Assembly: GCA_963662615.2 (NCBI GenBank)
Contig: CAXXSR010000001.1
Location: 160,001-224,000 of the forward strand
Reading direction: 5' to 3'
Source: Dehalococcoidia bacterium
Lineage (GTDB): Bacteria; Chloroflexota; Dehalococcoidia; Bin125
Length of the DNA stretch: 64,000 nucleotides
The notes below the pieces were generated by a model. It saw only the letters and a list, made by a program, of their open reading frames with translations, made no database searches and was not told the origin of the DNA. Shown piece by piece: positions 1 to 9,588 of the stretch. Position numbers and translations under genes: made by a program. Positions within the stretch are counted from its first letter, which is position 1, and every line of letters starts with the position of its first letter.

Positions 1-49
1 GCCACGACAGACTACCGCGGGCCCGAGGCTTCCCCTGCCACCTTTCAGT

Positions 50-118
50 CTGATCACGTTGTTCGATCGCCTGGGTAGACGGGCGGGCCTGAAGCACACG
101 CTTGCGCATCGCTTCCGG
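50..118 (+). pseudogene. possible tyrosine recombinase/integrase C-terminal remnant
   Basis: Frame reads LITLFDRLGRRAGLKHTLAHRFR, resembling the RxGxxAG...HxxR box II of tyrosine recombinases; similarity stops before the expected H(S/T)FA; near window edge. Confidence 0.3.
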
Positions 119-137
119 CCTCGACGATTGACACCGG

Positions 138-1124
138 CTACGCTGGCTCGCTGTCAGCAGGTGGCACGACGTCGATGACGACGATCCCGGTTTTCTGCTG
201 CGTCTCCACGTAGCGGTAGGCATCGACGATCGCCTCAAGGGGATACGTTCGATCGATGACCGCGCGAAGGTCGCCCGCCTCCATGCGGTCCTTGAGGAAC
301 TGGACGAACTCCGTTCCGGCCTGTACTGGGAGCGGGATGATCACCCGCTTGCTCCGGGTGATCGAGAACCAGAGCATCAGGAGGGGGTTCTGCCAGAACG
401 GCCCTAGGTCGGTCGTGGCGAAGAGCCCCTGAGGCTTCAGCAATCGCCGACAGCGGAAGAACGTGGTCTTGCCCACGGCGTCCAGGGCACAGTCGAAGTG
501 GTCACCGATCTGGGTGAAGTCCTCCGCAGTGAAGTCGACGACGCGATCGGCGCCGAGGGAGGTAACGAGGTCGAGCTGTCGTGTCCCGACGACCGCCGTC
601 ACGTCGGCACCGAGGGACTTCGCGAGTTGGACCGCCGCCGTGCCGATGGCGCCGGACGCGCCGTAGATGAGGATCCTGTGGCCGGGCTGGAGGCCGAGCC
701 TTTGGAGGCAGCTATGTGCGTACCACGCGCCCTCGCATAGCACGGCCTCATCGAAGTGGGCGCCCGCCGGCATGGCCGCGATCGCTCCGTCATCGGGCAC
801 GCAGAGGTACTCCGCATGCGCTCCGAACTCATCGGGTGACATGCCGAACACGCGCTGGCCTGGGTGGAAGGCTGTGACACCCGCGCCGACCACCTCGACG
901 ACGCCAGCGAACTCCATGCCGAGGATCGTGCGCTTCGGCCGGAGCAGGCCGATCATGGCGCGGACAAAGAAGGGGTGGGCGCGGCGCATACCGCAATCGG
1001 TGCGGTTGACCGTCGTCGCATAGACTTTGACCAAGACCTCGCGCGCCTGCGGCACAGGCTTCGGCACGTCGCGGATCTCAACGACGTCTGGCGGTCCGTA
1101 GCGTGTATTGACAGCCGCTCTCAT
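138..1124 (-). CDS. NAD(P)-dependent alcohol dehydrogenase / quinone oxidoreductase-like (MDR family)
   Basis: 328 aa; YGPPDV N-terminus, GMEFAGVV, nucleotide-binding GASGAIG, C-terminal VIDRTYPLE. Confidence 0.9.
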   Translation of the reverse strand: MRAAVNTRYGPPDVVEIRDVPKPVPQAREVLVKVYATTVNRTDCGMRRAHPFFVRAMIGLLRPKRTILGMEFAGVVEVVGAGVTAFHPGQRVFGMSPDEFGAHAEYLCVPDDGAIAAMPAGAHFDEAVLCEGAWYAHSCLQRLGLQPGHRILIYGASGAIGTAAVQLAKSLGADVTAVVGTRQLDLVTSLGADRVVDFTAEDFTQIGDHFDCALDAVGKTTFFRCRRLLKPQGLFATTDLGPFWQNPLLMLWFSITRSKRVIIPLPVQAGTEFVQFLKDRMEAGDLRAVIDRTYPLEAIVDAYRYVETQQKTGIVVIDVVPPADSEPA

Positions 1125-1474
1125 GGACTCTTCCCTCCGCGACCGCGGTTTCGCGTGGCTCGGCGGTTAGGCCGCGATTCTAAGAGCACAGGTCTAATCC
1201 CCTCAAGACGACCACTGGACAGAGGGCCCACGCGGGTGTTCCTCGCCTCCCGCGGGCCGCGGCGGCCGATGAGAGGCAGGGGAGCTATGAGCCATGAGGA
1301 GTTGTGAGGTCGACCCGTAAGTCGGACTCATGTCGGAAAGACCTGTCGGAGATAAGAATCGATTCTCGTCTCGTGTTCAATCTCGGGAAACGGACTGTGG
1401 AGCGCAGCGCGAACTCTACGTCGGGTACATCTGTCCAACACAGAGCCCCGTACGAGGGCGGGAGCCGGTTGCCG

Positions 1475-3091
1475 TCAGGCGGTGACCATGCGCTTAAACT
1501 GGCAGCCTTCAACGAACAGTTCGAAGAAGTCGGGGGTGGTCTCCAGCTCCACGTGCTCCACCCCCTTGGCCAGGTCCTCGATCCGGCTGCGCATGTCGCC
1601 GGATACGAGTATGATGGTGGCTCCCTCCAGGGCGGCGTTGGCGACCTTGACGATACGGTCCGAGGGGACGTTCGCGATGAAGCCGATGTCTACCGCATTG
1701 CTCGCGTTGATGTAGTTGGCGAACCCCCCGGCCAGGTACAGCCTTCCGATCTCATCGAGGGCGACTCCGTAGCGGCGGAGGACGATGGCCTGGCCGCAGT
1801 AATTCGCCGACTTGGCCTGGGCCAGAGCGGAGACGTCCGCCCTGGACAGGGTCATGCCTTGTTCGGGGGCGAACGTGAACTCCCTCTTCCCGCCCGGGAA
1901 GACGCCCAGTTCGGTCATCTCTCCGGTGCGGCGTAGCTCTGCCAGCAGGTCAACGAGGCCGGAGCCGCAGATGCCCTCCGGTACGCCGCCGCCTATCGTC
2001 TCCAACCGGACCGTCCCGTCCTCAATTCTGACCGCCTCCACGGCACCGTCGTAGCCGGGCATGGCGTAGGTGACCTGGCCGCCCTCGAACGCGGGGCCGG
2101 CGGGGCAGGAGGCGGCCATGAGCCGGTGCCGGTTGCCAACGACCACCTCGGTGTTTGTCCCGACGTCGATCAGCATGACGACGTCTTCCTGCTCGTCCAT
2201 GCCGATAGCGAGCAGGTCCGCTGCGACGTCCGAACCGACGTGACTTCCGATGAGAGGCCCGGTGAAGACCGCAGCAGCGGGGAAAATCCGGAGCCCCAGC
2301 TCGAGGGCGGTGGTGGTGATGGATGTGGTTTCCCGCGCGCCTCGCTCATACTCCAGCTCCACCGTCGACTTATATGGCTTTTCGCCTATTGGCTGCACGT
2401 CCAGGCCGAACAACAGGTCACGCATGGTGGCGTTGCCCACGAACACTGCCTCGTAGATGCGGCGGCGGGCGGTGCCCACCCGCCTGCACATGTCGCCGAT
2501 CTCGAAGTTGACGGCGGACAGCATCACACTCTGCAGCTCGCCCCGGTGGGGCCCTCCGTCGTAGGAGATGCGGTGCATGACGTCGCTGCCCCCGAAGCGC
2601 TGGGGGTTCTCGAAGGAGGACGTGTATGCCACCTCTCCGGACTGCAGGTCCACCAGGTTCATCACGACCGAGGTGGTCCCTACGTCGACGGCTAGGCCGT
2701 AGATCTCGCCGCGGTAGTCGTCCAGCCTGTTGCCGCGGTGGACGACGGCGTCCCCGTCGCGCCGTGTCAGGGGATCGAGTTGGACCTCCCGCCTGACCGT
2801 GCGTGTGAGGATGCGCGGCTGGCGGCGTAAAACCGCGAATTCCACCTCCGCCGAAGAGTCAACAACCGCCGCTTGGCAGGCCAACCGATAGTTGCCTCGA
2901 AGGAAGGCTTCAGCTTCGCTAGGAGGGGACAGGGCCTCGGCTCCCCGGCGCACCTCAACGATGCACTCGTGGCACTCGCCCGTGCGCCCGCAGGAAGTGG
3001 GCACGCGCACGCTGAGGTCGTCGGCATAGTCGAACAGGGCCTTGCCGGGGGTGAGCTCGAGCCGCCGCGCGCCGTGTATCAGCGGGCTCAC
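1475..3091 (-). CDS. ASKHA-domain reductive activator of corrinoid proteins (RACo/DUF4445) with N-terminal 2Fe-2S domain
   Basis: CGRTGECHEC...RLAC ferredoxin motif; DVGTT, NPQRFGGSDV, DVGTNTE, GPAFEG, GICGSG motifs. Confidence 0.9.
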   Translation of the reverse strand: MSPLIHGARRLELTPGKALFDYADDLSVRVPTSCGRTGECHECIVEVRRGAEALSPPSEAEAFLRGNYRLACQAAVVDSSAEVEFAVLRRQPRILTRTVRREVQLDPLTRRDGDAVVHRGNRLDDYRGEIYGLAVDVGTTSVVMNLVDLQSGEVAYTSSFENPQRFGGSDVMHRISYDGGPHRGELQSVMLSAVNFEIGDMCRRVGTARRRIYEAVFVGNATMRDLLFGLDVQPIGEKPYKSTVELEYERGARETTSITTTALELGLRIFPAAAVFTGPLIGSHVGSDVAADLLAIGMDEQEDVVMLIDVGTNTEVVVGNRHRLMAASCPAGPAFEGGQVTYAMPGYDGAVEAVRIEDGTVRLETIGGGVPEGICGSGLVDLLAELRRTGEMTELGVFPGGKREFTFAPEQGMTLSRADVSALAQAKSANYCGQAIVLRRYGVALDEIGRLYLAGGFANYINASNAVDIGFIANVPSDRIVKVANAALEGATIILVSGDMRSRIEDLAKGVEHVELETTPDFFELFVEGCQFKRMVTA

Positions 3092-3100
3092 GTGGTGAAG

Positions 3101-3367
3101 CTACGCCTCCCAGGCGTCTTGGTAGGTGAGGTCGTCGCTGCCGGTGCAGAGGGCGGGCTTGTCGGGACCGTCAACGAAGCTCTGGTTGCGGCAGCTGAAG
3201 CGTGCGGTGCAGCGGTCGTGCACGTCCTTGTACGGGCAGCGCCATTTCGACACCGCGACGGCGGAGGCGGACATGTCCCGGTAGATCCCTTCCAGGCGGG
3301 CGATGCTGGCGCGGTAGCGCGCCCTGTCGAAGCCGTGGTTTGTGCCCACATTTCCACCTGGGTCCAT
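3101..3367 (-). CDS. small Cys-rich hypothetical protein in corrinoid operon
   Basis: 88 aa with CPYK-x4-C-x5-C-x13-C; co-oriented, 9 bp from RACo gene; ATG overlaps upstream TAA. Confidence 0.7.
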   Translation of the reverse strand: MDPGGNVGTNHGFDRARYRASIARLEGIYRDMSASAVAVSKWRCPYKDVHDRCTARFSCRNQSFVDGPDKPALCTGSDDLTYQDAWEA

Positions 3368-3510
3368 TATTCTTGGGCCGGGCGATGGGTGTCAACGCGG
3401 CGGGCGAGCAGCCCGGACTCCTCAATGATCACGGCCGCTCACTCTTCCTGCCGGTACGCCATCACGCGCACCCCGTGCACGCCCTCGATCTCCAGAAGCA
3501 GCTGGGTGGG
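3367..3510 (-). pseudogene. metF: C-terminal remnant of methylenetetrahydrofolate reductase
   Basis: Intergenic frame reads PTQLLLEIEGVHGVRVMAYRQEE*AAVIIEESGLLARR...*, matching the MetF tail (EIxGVxGVHVMAYRQEE); internal TGA at 3439-3441, no start codon. Confidence 0.6.
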
Positions 3511-3512
3511 CG

Positions 3513-4250
3513 TTACTCCTCTGTCGCTTCGACCAGGGACTTGGCCAAGTCGACGCAGGAGATGGCGTCCTCCCCGTAGCCGTCGGCGCCCATGTCCTCC
3601 GCGAACTCCTGCGTCACCGGGGCCCCGCCCACGATCATCTTGAACTCTTCGCGGACTCCGTTGTCTTCGAAGAACTCAATGGTGCGGCCCATGTTGGGCA
3701 TGGTGGTTGTGAGGAGAGCGGACATGCCGACCACTTGCGCCTCGTGCTCAACGGCGGCGTCCATGAACTCCTGCGGTTTGGCGTCGACGCCCAGGTCTTG
3801 CACGACGAAGCCCGCACCCCGGAGCATCATGATGCAAAGGTTCTTGCCAATGTCGTGCAGGTCGCCCTTGACGGTGCCCATGATTATGGTGCCCGTCGGC
3901 TTCACTCCAGAGGCGGAAAGGATAGGCTCGAGGTGGACCATGCCTGCCTTCATGGCCCGGGCTGCGACCAGCACCTCGGGGACGAAGATGATGTTGTCGC
4001 GGAACTTGATGCCCACGATGGCCATACCCGCAATGAGGCCGTCGTCCAGCACGTCGTTGGCGGCGTACTCGTCTGCCAGCGCCTGGGCGACCAGCCGGTC
4101 CACGTCGTGCTGGTTGCCGTAGATCAGGTTGAAGGCGATCTCCTGCATGAGCATGTCGCCCGACGCGAACAGCCCCTCGATGTGCTTTTGCTCGGAGGGC
4201 TTGGCGATGTACTGCAGCTCGCCCGTCAAGCCCTCATGCACTATGGCCAT
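3513..4250 (-). CDS. corrinoid (cobalamin-binding) protein, MttC/MtbC-like
   Basis: GTVKGDLHDIGKN (DxHxxG), SALLTTT, IVGGAP, FVPEVL cap-domain motif. Confidence 0.93.
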   Translation of the reverse strand: MAIVHEGLTGELQYIAKPSEQKHIEGLFASGDMLMQEIAFNLIYGNQHDVDRLVAQALADEYAANDVLDDGLIAGMAIVGIKFRDNIIFVPEVLVAARAMKAGMVHLEPILSASGVKPTGTIIMGTVKGDLHDIGKNLCIMMLRGAGFVVQDLGVDAKPQEFMDAAVEHEAQVVGMSALLTTTMPNMGRTIEFFEDNGVREEFKMIVGGAPVTQEFAEDMGADGYGEDAISCVDLAKSLVEATEE

Positions 4251-4359
4251 GTGTCGGTTCCCCGTGTTTGCCGCATCGCCACGCCCGAACGGGCGCTAAG
4301 TAACGGCCGCGCCCGAACGGGCGCCATGTACCAATTCTGGGAAGGGCGGCTCGCCCGTG

Positions 4360-5433
4360 TCAACGGGCAGCGTCAGCCCCGTCCTTCCGGGGCGCCTGTA
4401 GCCGTCCCTCCTTGTAGGCGGCGATGAACTTCATACAGAAATCGTCTCGCCCCTCAAGCATGTCCCGGGCCAGCCCGTGGCGATCGTCCTCGAGGTCCAG
4501 GTCCAGCACCCTGTCGATCTTGCTCTGCACGGGATCGAGGATGCCGCTGTCCGCGCCGGCCTCGATCGACAGGCGGATAAAAGTGTCGTTGATCAGCTTC
4601 CGCATGGGGAGGCCGAAGGAAACGTTGCTGAGGCCACCGGCCACGTGCAGCTCGGCGCCGTACCGTCGCCTCAGCTCCGCCACGGCGTCGAAGTAGTGAC
4701 GGCCGAAGGCCCCGTCCACGGAGATGGGGAAGACCAGCGCATCGACGTAGAGGTCGCCCAGCGGAATCCCCCGCTCGACGGCTCGGTCGATGAGGGCGCT
4801 CGCGTTCGTCACCCGCTCCTCGTCGTCCGAGGGCATGCCCGACTCGCCGGCGGCGGTCACGATGGCCACGCCGTTGCACGCCCCCACCAAGTCGAACACC
4901 TCTGGCCTTTCCAGCGCGACCGAGTTGACCATGGGCCGGCCCAGCGTCGAATCGTACTCCTCGATGCCCGCCTCGATGATCTCCGAGTTGGATGAGTCGA
5001 TGCTGAGCGGGACGGTTGAGATCTCCTGGACCGTCCGCACCAGCCAGCGCATGCAGCTCTTTTGCACATCGAGCTTGTAGGACACTTCGTCCACGTTCAG
5101 GTCCAGGAAGGCCGCCCCGGCGCTGATCTGCCTGACGGCCTCGGCCTGCACGTAGGCCCGGCCCTCCGCCTGGGCCGTCTCGTCGTCGCCGATTCCGCCG
5201 CGGACCGCGATCATGAAGTGCTTGACCTGGCCCTGCTCGTAGGGCTGGGTCTTCTTGTACCAGTCCGGCACCCGCATGGTGGCAGTCTTGCCGCCGGCGT
5301 CCGTGTAGGTCACCACCTCGGTGCCGTCGTCCAGGGTGCGGTGCCGCCTGCCGTCCCGCAGCACGCTGCGGGTTGTGTGGATGTTCTCCCCCACGATCAC
5401 GAAATCCTTGGGGTTGGTGACCACGGCAGTCAT
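4360..5433 (-). CDS. pterin-binding (DHPS-like) methyltetrahydrofolate:corrinoid methyltransferase, AcsE/MeTr-like
   Basis: IVGENIH, FLDLNVD, LSIDSS, MVNSV, GGLSNVSFGLP motifs. Confidence 0.88.
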   Translation of the reverse strand: MTAVVTNPKDFVIVGENIHTTRSVLRDGRRHRTLDDGTEVVTYTDAGGKTATMRVPDWYKKTQPYEQGQVKHFMIAVRGGIGDDETAQAEGRAYVQAEAVRQISAGAAFLDLNVDEVSYKLDVQKSCMRWLVRTVQEISTVPLSIDSSNSEIIEAGIEEYDSTLGRPMVNSVALERPEVFDLVGACNGVAIVTAAGESGMPSDDEERVTNASALIDRAVERGIPLGDLYVDALVFPISVDGAFGRHYFDAVAELRRRYGAELHVAGGLSNVSFGLPMRKLINDTFIRLSIEAGADSGILDPVQSKIDRVLDLDLEDDRHGLARDMLEGRDDFCMKFIAAYKEGRLQAPRKDGADAAR

Positions 5434-5542
5434 GCGGCGCGCTCCGGGCAAGCATTCAGGTTCGGCTCGCGGGACGTGATGGTCTTGGTCATCAGCCCGG
5501 GCCCGGGCGGTCCACGTCTCCCATGACGGCCCGCAGCCGGGC

Positions 5543-6640
5543 TCAAGAGCCCCGCTCTCCCTGCCCGGAGTGCTCGGCGGTCCAGTCGCGCACGGCCCGC
5601 GGGATCTCGAGCAGGTTCTCGAGGGGGGTGGCGAGCGGGATCGCGCACTCCGGGGCGATCATCTGCACCCCGGCGTCCAGGCACCGGTACACCTCTTTTC
5701 GCACCTCCTCAGGGCCCTTAGCGTACAGGGTGACCGGGTTGTTGATGTTGCCGACCAGGCCGATTCTTCCTCCCGCCACCTCCACTGCCTCGACCGGGTC
5801 GTTCTTGGAGTCGAAGTGGAATGCGGCCATGCCCGAGTGGGCGATGTGGTCCAGCCGGTCCACGGTGTAGCCGCAGATGTGCAAGATGAGCGGGACCGGC
5901 AGGCGCTCCACCATCTCCTGGTGGATGTCCAGCAGGAAGCGGCGGTAGTACTCGCCGGAGACGAGGTCGCCCGTGGCATGGTCCGGGAACGTGAGCGCGT
6001 CGGCGCCGGCGGCGATCTGGGCCTCACCGAACAGGACCGATATCTCCTTCAGCCGATGCAGCGCGTCCAGCGTCATTTCCGGGTCGTCAATGGTCATGAG
6101 GAGGAACCGTTCCACGCCAAAGACGTGGTAGGCCAGCGTCCACGGACCCATGGTCTTGCCCAGGATCGCCACCGTGTCCCCGAACTCCGACCGCAGCATC
6201 TCGATGGACCGGATGATCGTCGTCGTGTCCTGGTGCTCCAGGAAGCCTGGCGGAATGCGGACGTCCTCCGGGCCCTGCCAAATGGGCTTGCTCATCCGAA
6301 CGGTGGGCCAGTTGTCCTTCTGCTCCCACTGGATCTCGCAGCCCAACGCTGACGACTCCTGGATGATGGTGAAGTAGGGCATGATGGCGTCGAAGCCCAG
6401 CTCGGTGTGGCCGGTCGCGGCTAAGCGCGCGTTCATCTCCGGGTCCCGATTGGCGTCTGGGAAGGGCGCGTTGACCAAATCCATCAGCTCCACGGTGGCC
6501 ACGTTGGTGGGGTTGCACACCGGCGTCCTGTCCACCGGCTCTCCGGCCAGGGCGGCGAGCACCCGCTCGCGGGATGTCATGGTCTCCATGGCCCCCATGC
6601 CTCGACTCTCACGCGCTTTCATGGTCTTTGTATCGGCCAT
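5543..6640 (-). CDS. MtaA/CmuA family methyltransferase (UroD superfamily)
   Basis: MTSRERVLAAL..DRTPV, GPWTLA, Zn-binding LHICG, IAPECAIP; start uncertain (6589-6676). Confidence 0.88.
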   Translation of the reverse strand: MADTKTMKARESRGMGAMETMTSRERVLAALAGEPVDRTPVCNPTNVATVELMDLVNAPFPDANRDPEMNARLAATGHTELGFDAIMPYFTIIQESSALGCEIQWEQKDNWPTVRMSKPIWQGPEDVRIPPGFLEHQDTTTIIRSIEMLRSEFGDTVAILGKTMGPWTLAYHVFGVERFLLMTIDDPEMTLDALHRLKEISVLFGEAQIAAGADALTFPDHATGDLVSGEYYRRFLLDIHQEMVERLPVPLILHICGYTVDRLDHIAHSGMAAFHFDSKNDPVEAVEVAGGRIGLVGNINNPVTLYAKGPEEVRKEVYRCLDAGVQMIAPECAIPLATPLENLLEIPRAVRDWTAEHSGQGERGS

Positions 6641-6711
6641 CGTCTCGGGTTCTTTCAGAGCTCGGTCATCAACCAATGTCGTCTGCTTCAGGACTGTAGG
6701 TCCCGGGCACT

Positions 6712-7380
6712 CTACTGCTGGGAGAAGCCAAGAGTGCCGGTGGTCATCTGCCCCCGTGTATCAAACTCTTCGAGCATATCCTCAGTGCCGCTCACGTTCC
6801 GGGCGAGAGGCATCAGCACGCGTACGAGCCCGTCGTACCTGGTGCCGCAGGGGAAAGAGACCGTCGTCTCGCCCACCCGCTCCATCTCGCCGTACCGCTC
6901 CAGTCCCGCCACCGTGGCGCGGATGCGCAGGGCCGGCCGCTTCGCCTCGCCTTCACCGTCGACCGTGTACACCCAGCGCCCGTCGACTTCGCTCGGCGTG
7001 GCGAAGAGGATCATGTCGCTCTTGAGGTCCTTGACCTCAATGCGCCCTGTCGGCAGCGGTAGCTGGGGGGACTTCTCCACAGCCTGCCGGGCCATAAACC
7101 TCAGTGGGCGCCGATAGATGCGGCCGCCCGGGAAGCGGAACTGGTTGGGCTGGCCCTTTACGGCAGCCAGGTCGCCGAGGGCGACCGCCCGGTCCCGGAT
7201 CTGACCCAGCCGCTCTTGGGCGTCCGGCCTGTGGCTGAAGCTCCAAACCGTGATGACCCCATCCTTGTCGTAGAACCCGACGGATATCTCGTCCCCGTGG
7301 GGGTCGATGGAGATCAGGCTCAAGCAATCGCCCAGCTTGGCCAGGGTCTCGATCACCGGCTCTCTGTCGGTCTTCACCAT
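6712..7380 (-). CDS. hypothetical protein in corrinoid operon
   Basis: Co-oriented ORF of ~222 aa from ATG 7380, globular composition, C-terminal RGQMTTGTLGF. Confidence 0.7.
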   Translation of the reverse strand: MVKTDREPVIETLAKLGDCLSLISIDPHGDEISVGFYDKDGVITVWSFSHRPDAQERLGQIRDRAVALGDLAAVKGQPNQFRFPGGRIYRRPLRFMARQAVEKSPQLPLPTGRIEVKDLKSDMILFATPSEVDGRWVYTVDGEGEAKRPALRIRATVAGLERYGEMERVGETTVSFPCGTRYDGLVRVLMPLARNVSGTEDMLEEFDTRGQMTTGTLGFSQQ

Positions 7381-7463
7381 TTCACGACCTCGACTCGTAC
7401 GGGCCGCCCCTCCGTGGGCTCGGGGGCCGGGTGGGCTCCCTGCCGCCACCCTGCCCAGGGACG

Positions 7464-8381
7464 TTACCCTCGAACCGCCCCCACCAGGGCCCGTATGTGG
7501 TTCGGAGTGGTTCCGCAGCACCCGCCCACGATGTTGACCCCCATATCAGCGAGCTTCTTGAACCCCGGTGCCATCCGCTCCGGGGTCTCCGGGTAGACGA
7601 GCTGGCCCTGACGGATTATGGGGATGCCGGCGTTGGAGTTCAGCCACACGTAGCCGTCCGTGACGGAGCGGAAGCGCTCTCCCAGCTCCACCATCACATC
7701 AATGCCGTTACCGCAGTTGGCGCCGACGATGTCCGCCCCGGCCTCCGTGAGCTGATGAACGGCCGACTCGGGCGTGTCGCCCATCATGGTGAAGTACCCC
7801 CGGGGGCCCTTGTCGAAGGTGGTGAGCGCCGCCATCGGGAGGCCGGTATGCGCTTTCACCGCCTTCACCGCGAGCCGGGCTTCTTCCACGGAGATCATGG
7901 TCTCAACTACGATGACGTCCGCTCCACCCTCCTCCAATGCTGTGGCCTGCTCAACGAAGGCATGGTACACGTCCTCGGACGGTGTGGTCCCGACCGGCCT
8001 GATCAGCTCCCCGGTGGGCCCTATGGAGCCGGCCACGTAGCGGCCGCCGGAACCAGGCGCTGCGTCGGCCTGGCTGCGGGCATGCTGCGCGGCGAGCCGA
8101 TTCATCTCCCGCACCTGGTCGCCGTGGCCGTACTTGGCTTGCATGAACCGGCTCCCGCCAAAGGAGTTCGTTTGAACCAGGTCAGAGCCAGCCTGGAAAT
8201 ACTCGGCCGCCATACCCAGGACAACCTCAGGGTGGGTCAGGTTCATTGCCTCCGGGTCGCCCCCCGGCTCCAACCCTTTGAACTGCAGGTACGTGCCGGT
8301 GGCGCCGTCGGCTACCAGGGCGCCGCCCGCGGCCAGCCGCTCCAGAAATGTCAGCTTCCTGGTCTCGGCTCTGGCCGTCAC
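7464..8381 (-). CDS. homocysteine S-methyltransferase family protein (stand-alone MetH N-terminal domain)
   Basis: DGATGT, TNSFG, GSIGPTG, ETM, GANCG, GGCCGTTP zinc motif. Confidence 0.92.
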   Translation of the reverse strand: MTARAETRKLTFLERLAAGGALVADGATGTYLQFKGLEPGGDPEAMNLTHPEVVLGMAAEYFQAGSDLVQTNSFGGSRFMQAKYGHGDQVREMNRLAAQHARSQADAAPGSGGRYVAGSIGPTGELIRPVGTTPSEDVYHAFVEQATALEEGGADVIVVETMISVEEARLAVKAVKAHTGLPMAALTTFDKGPRGYFTMMGDTPESAVHQLTEAGADIVGANCGNGIDVMVELGERFRSVTDGYVWLNSNAGIPIIRQGQLVYPETPERMAPGFKKLADMGVNIVGGCCGTTPNHIRALVGAVRG

Positions 8382-8731
8382 TCAATCCACTCATCTATGG
8401 CCCCAGGCGTCGGGTCCCGCGACCCCTGGTTGTGCAGGTCCCGGATGCGGGCGACGAAGTCCTCGGGCATCCCACTGTTGTATCGCTGGGCCAACTCTGC
8501 GGCGGCGTCCCGCGCGTTGGCATCGACCTCGACAGGCTCACTCCACGTCCAGCCGTCCAGGTACGCGTCGCTGCCGTAGCTGCCGTCGAACATGGCGATC
8601 TCGTCGGCGGCCTCCTGGAAGCGATGGTCGAGCATCACCGACACCCTGCCATCTCCGTCCTCGGCCTGCACCTGGACAGGGACCTCTTTCCAATAGAGGA
8701 CGCGGAGCTTGGCGGTGACTTCGGCATTCAT
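8378..8731 (-). CDS. 'Virulence factor' domain protein (PF13769-like; typically beside folate/methyl-transfer genes)
   Basis: YWKEVPVQV...RFQEAAD..AM...DAYLDGW pattern; 4-bp overlap with downstream gene. Confidence 0.75.
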   Translation of the reverse strand: MNAEVTAKLRVLYWKEVPVQVQAEDGDGRVSVMLDHRFQEAADEIAMFDGSYGSDAYLDGWTWSEPVEVDANARDAAAELAQRYNSGMPEDFVARIRDLHNQGSRDPTPGAIDEWIE

Positions 8732-8808
8732 GGTGGACTCGGCCGAACGATATCACGAGCCTTGTACTTTCCGCATTGCACTACGCGTAGGTGAGGCCCC
8801 TCGCTGCG

Positions 8809-9588
8809 TCAGCCTGCGAACGTCGCTGAAACGCTCCCCACGGTTGTAAAACGAGCGATGATGCGGTCATTCGGTTCGACTGAAACGAGTTCGACGGGCG
8901 ATCCGGGAATGACCAATTGGCCGGCTTTCAGATGCTCGCCGCGCTGATCGAGATGGTTGACGAGCCATCGCAGCGATTTGAGTGGCCCGCCCAGGATCTC
9001 CGCACCGATTCCGGACGCCGCCAACGCCTCATCACGGAAGAGGCCCACGCCTTCCATGTCGAAGTCGAGCGCCGCAGGCGAGATTCGCCGTTCACCGACG
9101 ACCAGCGCCGCATGAAGGCCATTCGAAGCGATCAACTCCTGTGAAGTCGGATCGCCGCACCAGAAGTTGAAGTTGTGGATCTCGATGCCCGCAGCGACCC
9201 ATTCGATCGCGTCGCGCAACTGTCTGTCGTCCGAAACTTCACCAGGCACGTCTTCCCCGATGCGGAGCACAAATTCCGGCTCCACCGCACAGAGCGAATA
9301 GTCAGCCCAGTGGAGCACCGATTCATCGGCGTGGACGTGTGGAGCCAGAAGCCGCCCGGAGATTGGTTCTGAGAGACCGAGCTGCCGGCGGATGGCTTTG
9401 CTGGTACAGCCAACTTTGTAGCCAACGACACGTTCGCCCCGCGCCACGCGATAGTTGAGGAGCTGCTGCTGGACGAGATAGGCATCGTCGAGCGACAGCG
9501 ATTTGACGTCGATGACGGGATCCGATGGCGGCGTCTTGTTGCTCCAGATTTCCCAAAAGGCGCGGGCGGTCTGCTCCAGCTGCTGCAT
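8809..9588 (-). CDS. 2-keto-4-pentenoate hydratase / FAH superfamily
   Basis: DAYLVQ, GYKVGCTS, VEPE, LKAGQLVIPGS motifs. Confidence 0.88.
   Translation of the reverse strand: MQQLEQTARAFWEIWSNKTPPSDPVIDVKSLSLDDAYLVQQQLLNYRVARGERVVGYKVGCTSKAIRRQLGLSEPISGRLLAPHVHADESVLHWADYSLCAVEPEFVLRIGEDVPGEVSDDRQLRDAIEWVAAGIEIHNFNFWCGDPTSQELIASNGLHAALVVGERRISPAALDFDMEGVGLFRDEALAASGIGAEILGGPLKSLRWLVNHLDQRGEHLKAGQLVIPGSPVELVSVEPNDRIIARFTTVGSVSATFAG

Noticed and set aside
3439-3441. In-frame TGA as selenocysteine
   Set aside because: Lies in a start-less remnant at a position not expected to be Cys; no SECIS-like hairpin recognised
8731-8809. Cobalamin or SAM riboswitch ahead of the corrinoid operon
   Set aside because: Under 80 bp of intergenic space and no conserved riboswitch motifs seen
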